Shown here: piece after piece, positions 29,056 to 37,602 of the stretch
Layout: each line of letters opens with the position of its first letter
How positions within the stretch are numbered: position 1 is the stretch's first letter
Source: a virus
DNA length: 64,000 nt
Virus record (IMG/VR): IMGVR_UViG_3300021091_000014
Location: 32,001 to 96,000 of that record
Direction: 5' to 3' (one strand)
Made by a program: the position numbers and the translations under genes
The notes under the pieces: generated by a model
The model's input: the letters and a program-made list of their open reading frames with translations, nothing else
Database searches by the model: none
What the model was told of the DNA's origin: nothing

Positions 29056-29336
29056 TGAGCGAACAAGAAGATAAAAAATCGTATCTATTGCAACTTGATG
29101 ATGTAGAGATTAAATCTATTAAATCTCCTACTCAGTTTATGCATGAAATAGATAAATTAGTAGAAGAAAAAAAGATGGAGTATATTGAAGCTGTAATGTA
29201 TTATTGTAATGCAAATGATATTGAAATAGAGACTGCTGCCTCTTTAATTAAAGGCAGCGCAAAAATGAAAGCTAAGATTCAATTTGAAGCTGAAAATTTA
29301 AACTATTTACCTAAAAGTGGAAAGTTACCTATATGA
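29055..29336 (+). CDS. gp33: Late transcription co-activator (T4 gp33-like)
   Basis: EIDKLV...YIEAV..YC...IEIE...KI..EAENLNYLPK; upstream of gp59 and gp32. Confidence 0.85.
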   Translation: MSEQEDKKSYLLQLDDVEIKSIKSPTQFMHEIDKLVEEKKMEYIEAVMYYCNANDIEIETAASLIKGSAKMKAKIQFEAENLNYLPKSGKLPI

Positions 29337-29944
29337 GCGAACCCCTTGTAGAATATAATTTTAACATCCCTCCAACATATCAACATCCAGAAGGATTACC
29401 TTCTCACCTAGGCGGACACGAAGGGGAGACTCATGTTGACGACGGTGCATTAAGTTATTTAATTAATAAACTCAATATCAAAACTATGTTAGATGTTGGG
29501 TGTGGCCCCGGAGGAATGATTAAGATTGCGAAAGAAAAGAACCTTGTTGTAACCGGTATTGACGGCGACGACAAGGTTGAAAGAGAGCAAGATGTTATGA
29601 GTAATATTATTATTCATGACTACTGTGCCGGTCCTTATATTCCAGATACTGTTTTTGATCTAGCTTGGTCCGTTGAGTTTGTAGAGCATGTAGAAAAAAA
29701 GTACATGCAAAATTTTCTTGAAACATTTAAGCACTGCAAATACGTTGCAATGACCCATGCGCTACCAAATCAACCCGGGCATCATCACGTTAATTGCATG
29801 CCTATTGAGTATTGGTGTGGTGCAATGGAAGCAATAGGATTTATGGCTATGGTTGATGAGACTAATGAGATGCGTAAAGCATCTACAATGCGTGAAAGAT
29901 ATATTAGACAGCAAGGCTATGTATTTAAAAATGGACGCTTTTAA
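29333..29944 (+). CDS. Class I SAM-dependent methyltransferase
   Basis: LDVGCGPG, FDLAWSVEFVEH, GHHHVNC...YW. Confidence 0.85.
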   Translation: MSEPLVEYNFNIPPTYQHPEGLPSHLGGHEGETHVDDGALSYLINKLNIKTMLDVGCGPGGMIKIAKEKNLVVTGIDGDDKVEREQDVMSNIIIHDYCAGPYIPDTVFDLAWSVEFVEHVEKKYMQNFLETFKHCKYVAMTHALPNQPGHHHVNCMPIEYWCGAMEAIGFMAMVDETNEMRKASTMRERYIRQQGYVFKNGRF

Positions 29945-30512
29945 CGCGTATAAAACTTATATTGCACTAAAAAATCATTTTGGCTCTAAAACGTACGACT
30001 ACTTTAAATATAATGGCAGAACTAGAGCTAGTGCCAAATCCTTTGAGAAGAGAAGTGATAGGTACTTCTTCCATAAATTATCAAAGCACAACGACTGTAT
30101 TAACTACCTAGCTTCTAATTTTTTAGAGGGAGATTGTTGGGTTGGAGATCTCGTCAACGAACAAGTTGCAGAAAAAACATACATGGCGTGGCGGAAGCGA
30201 ATGGAAAGTCTTTCTTATATCTTCCGCAATGACTTGGATAAGCTTGATACTGATTTTAATAATAACTTTTTGGTTGTAGACGGCCAGCATCCAAAGCTAT
30301 TAAAGTTATACCTACGCAAACAAATTTGCCCAGAGACAATTCTTATTCTTGAAGACCTTTTGAGCTTTTTTAGAGCATGGAATAGAAAAATAGATGATAA
30401 GTTAGTCTGGCCAAATGAATATCAAAAGCTTAAGAAATACAGACCATTCTTTACAATAGATTTAGAAAAATATAGATCTCTTGTTCTTGATAAATTCAGT
30501 GAAAGCAGTTAA
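29931..30512 (+). CDS. gp59: Helicase loader (T4 gp59-like)
   Basis: Y..YIALKNHF...YDYFKY.G, F.KR.D.YFF.KL, ETILIL; likely start ATG 29931. Confidence 0.9.
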   Translation: MDAFNAYKTYIALKNHFGSKTYDYFKYNGRTRASAKSFEKRSDRYFFHKLSKHNDCINYLASNFLEGDCWVGDLVNEQVAEKTYMAWRKRMESLSYIFRNDLDKLDTDFNNNFLVVDGQHPKLLKLYLRKQICPETILILEDLLSFFRAWNRKIDDKLVWPNEYQKLKKYRPFFTIDLEKYRSLVLDKFSESS

Positions 30513-30520
30513 TATAAATA
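30513..30520 (+). promoter_or_regulatory. T4-type late promoter TATAAATA upstream of gene 32, overlapping a possible sigma70 promoter (TTGATA 30487 / TAATAT 30510)
   Basis: Exact match to the T4 late consensus in an intergenic region. Confidence 0.65.
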
Positions 30521-30587
30521 CTCTTATCATTATGTACAAAGTGGATAAGAAGTATACATCGCATACAACGTTAATAAGGAGAAGTAA

Positions 30588-31490
30588 ATGGACTTTAGTT
30601 CACTAAAAAAGAACCGTCAAACGGTTTTTGCAAGTCTCAGCAACGAGTTTAGTAAGCTCAATCAAACAACAAGTTCCCAAGACGACGATAGATTCTGGAA
30701 GCCCGAGGTAGATAAGGCAGGTAACGGATATGCTGTTATTCGTTTTCTTCCGGCACCTACCGGGGAAGATGTTCCTTTTGTTAGAGTATGGGATCACGGG
30801 TTTCAAGGCCCGGGAGGCTGGTATATTGAAAAGTCTCTGACCACACTTGGACAAAAAGATCCTGTATCAGAGCACAACACCCAGCTTTGGAATTCAGGCA
30901 TTGAAGCAAACAAGGAATTAGTTCGTAAACAGAAACGAAGACTTTCTTACTATAGTAACATTTATGTAGTAAAGGATACAGCACATCCTGAAAATGAAGG
31001 TAAAGTATTTTTATTTAAGTATGGTAAGAAGATTTTTGAAAAGCTTAAAGATGCAATGGAACCAAAGTACGAAGATGAAAAGCCAGTTAATCCTTTCGAT
31101 CTTTGGGAAGGTGCAAACTTTAAGCTTAAAATTAGGAACGTAGAAGGGTATCGTAACTACGATAAGTCAGAATTCGATAGTCCAAGCCCGCTCCTAGATA
31201 GTGATGAAGATTTAGAAAGAGTATGGAAGCAAGAACACTCCTTAGTTGAGTTTACGGATCCTAAAAACTTTAAATCTTATGATGAGCTTAAGAGTAAATT
31301 AGATCGTGTCCTTGGTTTAATCAACGGGTCTCCTAAGCCACAGACTACAGCTGATAGTGAGCCATGGGATGTGGATGAACCTGTTAAAACAGCGGCTCCA
31401 ATGAAAACCGCTAAAGCAAAAGCACCAGTCTCCACAGCAGACGATGATGATGAGGATATGGACTTCTTTAAAAAGTTAGCGGAAGATTAA
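30588..31490 (+). CDS. gp32: Single-stranded DNA-binding protein (T4 gp32)
   Basis: DDRFWK, GYAVIRFLP, KYGKKIF, GANFKLK, NYDKSEF, acidic tail. Confidence 0.96.
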   Translation: MDFSSLKKNRQTVFASLSNEFSKLNQTTSSQDDDRFWKPEVDKAGNGYAVIRFLPAPTGEDVPFVRVWDHGFQGPGGWYIEKSLTTLGQKDPVSEHNTQLWNSGIEANKELVRKQKRRLSYYSNIYVVKDTAHPENEGKVFLFKYGKKIFEKLKDAMEPKYEDEKPVNPFDLWEGANFKLKIRNVEGYRNYDKSEFDSPSPLLDSDEDLERVWKQEHSLVEFTDPKNFKSYDELKSKLDRVLGLINGSPKPQTTADSEPWDVDEPVKTAAPMKTAKAKAPVSTADDDDEDMDFFKKLAED

Positions 31491-33382
31491 GTATAAGATG
31501 TTGAATGCCGGGTACCAATACCTAGCGTTCCTCTAACTGCAATCGGTGAAGGGATCGGAAGCGGAGCATCCGGTCCCTTTTTACTTGATAGTTGCTTGTT
31601 GTTGCTTATTGCATTATTAATAACACTGCCTTGACCACTTGCCATCTGAGAATCATTTCTTTCTGTGGCTGCAGCTACTTTCATTCCACTTGACGCTTGC
31701 GGTGACTCCAGTGAGGCAGCCTGAGGTGCGGCCATTACTGGTGAAGCTGCTGGTCCTTGACTAGACGTTCCGTTACCACCATCTCCCCCACCACCTTGTC
31801 TAATTAAAGATACAATAGTAGGAGCTCTTCTTCCTACTTGAGTGTACCACTTACTATCTTCTAAACTTTTTGCAGCACCTTCCGTATCACCTTCCTTTAA
31901 ATTACGAGTAAAGTTAGGCCACTTTTTAAACCAGGTCGGTCCCATATTAAAAGTAAGGTCTACTAAAGCTGCTTGCCCCTTATCGTTTAAGTTATCATAG
32001 CCAGGAATCTTTTCAGCTGCTTGTTTATGATGAACAAAGTCCTTCTCAAACATCTCCATAACTTCTTCATTACTAAACTCTCTATTATACTCTGGGGGTA
32101 GAGACTTACCATCCCCAATTAAATGTCCTACACCAACTGTCCATAACCCTAAAGAATCTTTATATGGCTTGTGCCTGATACCTTCATGATGTATAATCAT
32201 TTTTTTAGTATCAGCATCACTACCGGAAGGTAATTGAAGCCCCATCTTTGATTTTGGTTTAAGCCCGGTACCTAAAGCACCGCTTGATTCTTTAAGCCCG
32301 GGGTCCTTACCTCCAGGACTAGATTTAGGCAGTTCAGAGCTTTTCTTTTCTACTTTTTGTGCAGGAGCACTTCCTGCTGGTCCAGGTTTTTCAGCAGCTG
32401 CTGCTTCCGGAGCTCCTTCTGGTTTACCTTCTTGTTTTTTAGCTTGCGCTTCCTCTTCTTCTTTAGTTCTTGCTAACGCTACTCCAGCAGCTACCGTTCC
32501 ACCAGCAATTGCAATACCAGCGGCAATTTTACCAGCTTTACCCATCTTACCAAACGCAGTTTTTGCTTTTGTAATTAAAGATATAGTTGTAGTAATTCCT
32601 TCAGCTACAGATTTTAGTACTCCAGCACCAAGGTAAGTTGCCAGTCCAGCCGCTGCCGCAAGCAACGCAGTTTTAAAAGTATCCAACTCACCACTCGCTT
32701 CTCCTAAACCTTTTGAGAACCCAGTGAAAAAACCTGAAATTTTTTCTTTAATATCTTTTGGTAAGAAAAGGTAAACAAGACCAGAAAATGCCGCAATGAT
32801 AGCTGGATTTTTAAAAAAGTCACCCAATAAATCTCCAAATGATTTTTCACTACCTGTAGCACCCGTCTGAGTTGGTCTTTCTTTTTTTACAGGTACGGCT
32901 TCAGCCTGCTGCTCTTCTAACTTATATTCTTCAACGCTCTTCTTATCAATAGCCTCTTGTAAGGCAGCAGTTACTCTTTCAAAGGACTTCACCACATCTT
33001 TAAGATTGAGAGCAATAGCACTTAAACTTTCTTTAACGTTCTTACCTTCATCTTTCTTACTATCAACAGCATTGCTAGTTGCTTTATTTTTAGCTTCTTT
33101 AACAGGTCTATCAAAAAGCATTTTAGCAACAGTACCGCTGCTAACCAAAGCTTCTAAAGCATCGTACTTTGCTTTTTCAACCTCGTCAGTACCAAGAATT
33201 TTATTAGTAGAAGCTACGGACATTGCTCGAGCATCTCTTTCAGACACAGCAGGCCCAATTATAGCTTCCTTTTCCTTACGAATCGCTGCTTCTTCTCTTG
33301 CAAGCTTGGCTTTTAATTCCTCCGGAGACATTATAAAATCAGGTTCAGGCTTGCTTACTGATGGTTTATTTTTTCTTGCCAT
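31487..33382 (-). CDS. Tape-measure/hub-like protein carrying a T4-lysozyme (GH24) domain
   Basis: Helical A/G-rich N-terminal half; HEGIRHKPYKDSLGLWTVGVGH (E-8x-D-5x-T), LTFNMG, SKWYTQVGRRA. Confidence 0.8.
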   Translation of the reverse strand: MARKNKPSVSKPEPDFIMSPEELKAKLAREEAAIRKEKEAIIGPAVSERDARAMSVASTNKILGTDEVEKAKYDALEALVSSGTVAKMLFDRPVKEAKNKATSNAVDSKKDEGKNVKESLSAIALNLKDVVKSFERVTAALQEAIDKKSVEEYKLEEQQAEAVPVKKERPTQTGATGSEKSFGDLLGDFFKNPAIIAAFSGLVYLFLPKDIKEKISGFFTGFSKGLGEASGELDTFKTALLAAAAGLATYLGAGVLKSVAEGITTTISLITKAKTAFGKMGKAGKIAAGIAIAGGTVAAGVALARTKEEEEAQAKKQEGKPEGAPEAAAAEKPGPAGSAPAQKVEKKSSELPKSSPGGKDPGLKESSGALGTGLKPKSKMGLQLPSGSDADTKKMIIHHEGIRHKPYKDSLGLWTVGVGHLIGDGKSLPPEYNREFSNEEVMEMFEKDFVHHKQAAEKIPGYDNLNDKGQAALVDLTFNMGPTWFKKWPNFTRNLKEGDTEGAAKSLEDSKWYTQVGRRAPTIVSLIRQGGGGDGGNGTSSQGPAASPVMAAPQAASLESPQASSGMKVAAATERNDSQMASGQGSVINNAISNNKQLSSKKGPDAPLPIPSPIAVRGTLGIGTRHSTSYT

Positions 33383-34737
33383 TATACGCCTACTGTTGTG
33401 GAATATGAGTAACTACTATCACTACGGGCTGAAGCATGCTCAGTTTTTGTTATAGTAGTACTATTATCTATATTATTAACTATAATTGGAGCTACCGCAT
33501 CTTTCTTTTCTATAATAATTTCTTCTGATGATTCTGCAATGTTTAAAGTTTTAGGCATAGTAAAGACTGGCAACTCCAGCGTCCCATCAGCCGTTTCAGT
33601 TATCTCACTTTCTCCATCCGAAGTAGCATCTTCTGATAATATTTCCATTGCTGGAGCCGGGACTGCTGTGGATTGGGGAGCAGAAGAAGTAGATGCTGTT
33701 TGAGTTTCTTGCTGAGGCGTTACTGCTTGATTAACAGCCGACTTATTTGATTCTTTAACTAAAGGAGGAACAGCCGACGCAATAGGAGCTTTCTCTATCG
33801 ACTGGGCCTGCACCCCTTCTGTAACTGATTCTTTTTCATCATCATCCTCTTCTTTAACTGCATCTATCTTAGGGGAAGCTCGTTCCTCTTCATCAAAAAA
33901 GCTCACTGCTTCATCATATATTTCATATAGTAAAAGCCCTATTGCTGCAAAAGTTCCTACAAATGGAATAGCAGTGAGTAGTTTTTTTCCAACGTTAGGA
34001 GCAATACGAGACGCAAATGCAAAAAGTTTTGATAGCTTACCTTTACCTTTTAATGCTTGCTTTTCTTTTTTAAGATCATCACGCGCGCTTTTAGCATTGC
34101 GCTTTTTCTCATCTATTACCTTTTCTTCTTTAGCTTTCTTTTTCTTTTCTTTCTCTACTTCTTTTTTATCTTTATCTAACTTTCCTTTTTCATCAACTAA
34201 ATCATCATTAGCAGCATCAGTTATACCAAATAAAATAGAAGTAACTCTAGAAAGCTCTTTCACTGCTTCAAGAGTTGTTCCAATTTGCTTAAAGAGTTTG
34301 TAAGCAAATACTCCAGTAAGCACAGCAGTAATACCTATTAGGGTATTTTTAATTACACCGAGAGTTTCTTGTCCTATAAGCCCGGAAATAAAACTTGCAA
34401 GATATTCTCTTGATTCTTTATTAATAAGAAAAGGAAGTATTAAGCCTAATTTTGCTAAATCAAAAGCTTGTTTCTTAGCTTTCGCAGCAATTTCTGGCAT
34501 ACGACTTTCTGGAATAGCATCAGGGGGAGGAGGAGGCTCCTCTTCACTTAAGTAATTAAGAAGAAGATCACTTAGCTCACTAGCTGATTGTTTAAGCTCA
34601 AGAGATCCTTCTTCTATATTATTTACTTCTGATTTAATATTAAGGAAAAAACCAACGCTTCCAAACATAGCAGATGATGCTTCATTTATAGCATCCTGCT
34701 TTTGTTTATCTCTTGCTTTTTTTCTTACTGATACCAT
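33382..34737 (-). CDS. Tape-measure-like (gp29-like) helical protein
   Basis: Hydrophobic helices, K-rich coiled coil, AIPFVG, C-terminal IIVNNIDNS; downstream of gp26/gp51. Confidence 0.5.
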   Translation of the reverse strand: MVSVRKKARDKQKQDAINEASSAMFGSVGFFLNIKSEVNNIEEGSLELKQSASELSDLLLNYLSEEEPPPPPDAIPESRMPEIAAKAKKQAFDLAKLGLILPFLINKESREYLASFISGLIGQETLGVIKNTLIGITAVLTGVFAYKLFKQIGTTLEAVKELSRVTSILFGITDAANDDLVDEKGKLDKDKKEVEKEKKKKAKEEKVIDEKKRNAKSARDDLKKEKQALKGKGKLSKLFAFASRIAPNVGKKLLTAIPFVGTFAAIGLLLYEIYDEAVSFFDEEERASPKIDAVKEEDDDEKESVTEGVQAQSIEKAPIASAVPPLVKESNKSAVNQAVTPQQETQTASTSSAPQSTAVPAPAMEILSEDATSDGESEITETADGTLELPVFTMPKTLNIAESSEEIIIEKKDAVAPIIVNNIDNSTTITKTEHASARSDSSYSYSTTVGV

Positions 34738-34931
34738 TATCGTTGTTTTCTTGCCTTAATGCGTTCTTGTTCTCTTTCCAAGTAATCACGAAGAAGTTCA
34801 ACGTAGAGATCTCTCTCAAAGGGTATCATGTTTTCAATTTCTGTAACTGACCATTTATGGTGCTGAGCCAAACTAAAAATTAAAGTATAATAATTGCTTA
34901 GGTTATTATGACTCAGCCCAACATAAAAAAA
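34737..34931 (-). CDS. gp51: gp51-like baseplate hub assembly ORF (64 codons, no canonical start; not in track)
   Basis: Hand translation FFYVGLSHNNLSNYYTLIFSLAQHHKWSVTEIENMIPFERDLYVELL... resembles small T4-like gp51; its stop is TAATG-coupled to the next gene. Confidence 0.8.
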   Translation of the reverse strand, partial: FFYVGLSHNNLSNYYTLIFSLAQHHKWSVTEIENMIPFERDLYVELLRDYLEREQERIKARKQR

Positions 34932-35623
34932 TCATTTAACGAGGAAAGCTTAATTGTTCTTTCATTACCAAGACTGTTTGTATATTTAATTTCGTGATAT
35001 AATCTAGGCATTGTCTGAAAGAAATCTTGAATCTTTTTAAAAGATTTAACATCTAAATTTTGTAGAAAATCTTCTAGCTCTTCGCTAGAAGAATCACTTG
35101 CCATATAAACATTATCTCCATCATAAATTTTATCAATACAATTTTTAAGAATATCAAAAAATAAATCTGCTTCACTGTCTGTATTACTAATTTTTTCTGA
35201 CATCCCGGCATGCGGGTAAGCAAGATAAAAGCCAAGCTTATCTGTTACTTCTATTTTGTTAGTATGTGCAGGATCAAATCTTACTTCCACATCATCTAAA
35301 TTTACTTCTACGTCATACTTTAATTCATCTTCTAAATCTTTATAAGTCAACTTAATAACATTGTTAACCGATCTAGCTCTTATTTTTAAAAACAAATACT
35401 CTAAGTCAAAAGTAGCAAGCTTATCAATATCTACATTATTAGTAATAATACAATTATTAATTACTTGCTTAATAGAATTAATAATCTCATCTGAATCATT
35501 ACCCTGCATTGCCATTAATAATATTTTTTCTTCTTTTACTAAAAACGGTCTTACTACTAATTTTTCTTTGCTTGATGGTAATGTCACTTCAAAAGTCGGA
35601 TGACTAATTTTAGGTAAAGCCAT
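34913..35623 (-). CDS. gp26: Baseplate hub assembly protein (T4 gp26-like)
   Basis: MALPKI..P, RPFLVKEEKILL, FDLEYLFL.IRARSV, FFQTMP, C-terminal LNDFF. Confidence 0.9.
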   Translation of the reverse strand: MALPKISHPTFEVTLPSSKEKLVVRPFLVKEEKILLMAMQGNDSDEIINSIKQVINNCIITNNVDIDKLATFDLEYLFLKIRARSVNNVIKLTYKDLEDELKYDVEVNLDDVEVRFDPAHTNKIEVTDKLGFYLAYPHAGMSEKISNTDSEADLFFDILKNCIDKIYDGDNVYMASDSSSEELEDFLQNLDVKSFKKIQDFFQTMPRLYHEIKYTNSLGNERTIKLSSLNDFFMLG

Positions 35624-35638
35624 TTTATATCTCCTTAA

Positions 35639-36556
35639 TTAAATAAGTCCTCCAAGAGCAATCTTAGAGTTATTTACAACGTTAATAATATCAGCAACGT
35701 TGTTTGGTTTTCTAAGTGTAGCTAACGTTTGAATAGCTGTGCCAACTTTAATTAAACTTTGAATTGCGCTCGGTGATCTTTTTTCAAGTACTTGATTAAT
35801 GTTAATTCGTTCTATTTTCCAATTAAAAAATGTAAATGTGATTGGTAGTCTACTTACAGAGTCAGTATCGCCCCACCCAAGATTAACGTCACCCATAAAG
35901 ACGGGATATGCCTCTCTAAATCTAACATTAAGTATATCGTTATTAGATTCGTCTACTGTGGTTACTAATATATCAGTAGAATATTGATCCTTAAAGTTAA
36001 CTTCAAAAGGAGCTATAGAATAATCATGAGCATCTCCAACCGGACCGTAAACAACCTCATCAAATTTAATAATACTATTCATCCATTCGTAGAAAAATTT
36101 CTGCACCATACCTGAAGCATCAGTTAAGAATGTCATTGTTGTATCTATAAAAATAGGAGCATATGGTTTATTTTCTACTGGACCATAACCGTATCTTCTT
36201 ATGGGCGAGGTTGCAAAAGATACACCTGGAAGATTAGCTGACTCACAAAGAAATGCTAATGATCTAGCATTATCACTTTGATGTCTCATTGTGTGCGGAG
36301 GTCTTATCTCAATATAAAAATGAGCAGGTCTTGCAAAACCTTTTAACTTAGAAGCAGTGCCAAGAAAATTATTTAAATCTCTTCTATTTTGACCCGGGGG
36401 CAACCCTCTACCTGTACCAAATAAAGAGCCTATTGCATTTCTAAGCCCTTCAGGAACCCCAGGCAAATTGCTCACAGCATCTCCAATAGCTGCTGCCGAC
36501 CCTACAGCGTCTCGAGATTTTGATATTGCGCTATTAATCGCATTAATGGCTGTCAT
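35639..36556 (-). CDS. Tail-tube initiator / tube-fold protein (gp54-like)
   Basis: ARPAHF, LCESANLPG, F.EWMN.I, EAYP, ITFTF. Confidence 0.7.
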   Translation of the reverse strand: MTAINAINSAISKSRDAVGSAAAIGDAVSNLPGVPEGLRNAIGSLFGTGRGLPPGQNRRDLNNFLGTASKLKGFARPAHFYIEIRPPHTMRHQSDNARSLAFLCESANLPGVSFATSPIRRYGYGPVENKPYAPIFIDTTMTFLTDASGMVQKFFYEWMNSIIKFDEVVYGPVGDAHDYSIAPFEVNFKDQYSTDILVTTVDESNNDILNVRFREAYPVFMGDVNLGWGDTDSVSRLPITFTFFNWKIERININQVLEKRSPSAIQSLIKVGTAIQTLATLRKPNNVADIINVVNNSKIALGGLI

Positions 36557-37158
36557 CTAACATTTCCTTTTAGTTTAGCCTGTCTAATCTGTCTTACACT
36601 ATCTCTATGAACTTCTGATTCCGTTGCTTTTTTGAATCTTCTCAAAGGCAGAAAAAGAGCTTTCTCCCACTCCTCAGGAGAAATATGTAAGAATCTAGAC
36701 TTAACATGATTATTTAGATAGTGTTTTAAACAAGGTTTATAATACCTTAGTTTAGAAGTATTAGATAAAACGTTATAAGTTATTTTTAATCTCTGCATGT
36801 CCTCTTCGCCGACAACATAATCATAAAGCATGTCCATTAATTTTGCTCGAAATGCATATGGAAGATAATGCATATTAAGACCAACAAATCCCCCTCTAAT
36901 TATTTTTACAATAAAAATAACAGGAAATGTATCATAATACGGAAGCTCTATTTTAAGTTTCGGGTCATATCTAAAGAGATATAAGTGCCCCAGTCTTACT
37001 CTATTCTCAGCAACAATAGTATTTTTTCTTATAATTTGCTGAGGGTCTACCTTTCTAGGCTCAACATCATAAGCTTTTTCCCTAAGCCAGTTTGTAGCGT
37101 TAACTACTTTACTGCTATCAATATCGTCTTTTATAAAACTGGAAAATAAATTAGCCAT
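36553..37158 (-). CDS. gp2: DNA end protector (T4 gp2-like)
   Basis: YDPKLK..LPYYDTFP, GLNMHYLP...R, PCLKHYL. Confidence 0.9.
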   Translation of the reverse strand: MANLFSSFIKDDIDSSKVVNATNWLREKAYDVEPRKVDPQQIIRKNTIVAENRVRLGHLYLFRYDPKLKIELPYYDTFPVIFIVKIIRGGFVGLNMHYLPYAFRAKLMDMLYDYVVGEEDMQRLKITYNVLSNTSKLRYYKPCLKHYLNNHVKSRFLHISPEEWEKALFLPLRRFKKATESEVHRDSVRQIRQAKLKGNVR

Positions 37159-37591
37159 TAATACCAAGTTCTTTCTCAGTCATTATAATAAATTTCCATT
37201 TTTTAAGTTCACAGAACTCCTTTGCAGCTTTCCATTTTGCAGTATTAACACCGTAAGTTTTAACTTCATTTAAATATCTTCTTGTTGGTTTTGTAAGCAC
37301 TTTAGGAGCTTGTACTTGTTTTAAAGGTTTTACCTCTATTACTAAGGATTCAATAATACCCTGAGGGTTCTTTTTTCTCACAAAAAAATCTGGAAAATAT
37401 CGATGGACTTTACCATCTATAGGAGATCTATAAGGAATGCAGAATTCTTCACTAGACCATTGAATTACATCAGGATGTGAGTCTAAATGAATCATAAGCT
37501 TAAGCTCCCAACCGCTACGATAAATAACGTTACTAGGATCACCTTTGTATTTGGCCGGGTTTTTCGGCTTAAAAAATCCCTTATAACTCAT
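37151..37591 (-). CDS. gp4: Head completion nuclease (T4 gp4-like)
   Basis: KNPAKYKGD, YRSGWE, WSSEE, HRYFPDF, IEVKP, KWKAA. Confidence 0.92.
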   Translation of the reverse strand: MSYKGFFKPKNPAKYKGDPSNVIYRSGWELKLMIHLDSHPDVIQWSSEEFCIPYRSPIDGKVHRYFPDFFVRKKNPQGIIESLVIEVKPLKQVQAPKVLTKPTRRYLNEVKTYGVNTAKWKAAKEFCELKKWKFIIMTEKELGING

Positions 37592-37602
37592 AGAAAATAT
37601 TT

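Noticed and set aside
33006-34303. Plus-strand ORFs 33006..33455 and 33974..34303
   Set aside because: Antisense to K/E/A-rich minus-strand genes; S/L/F-rich shadow composition
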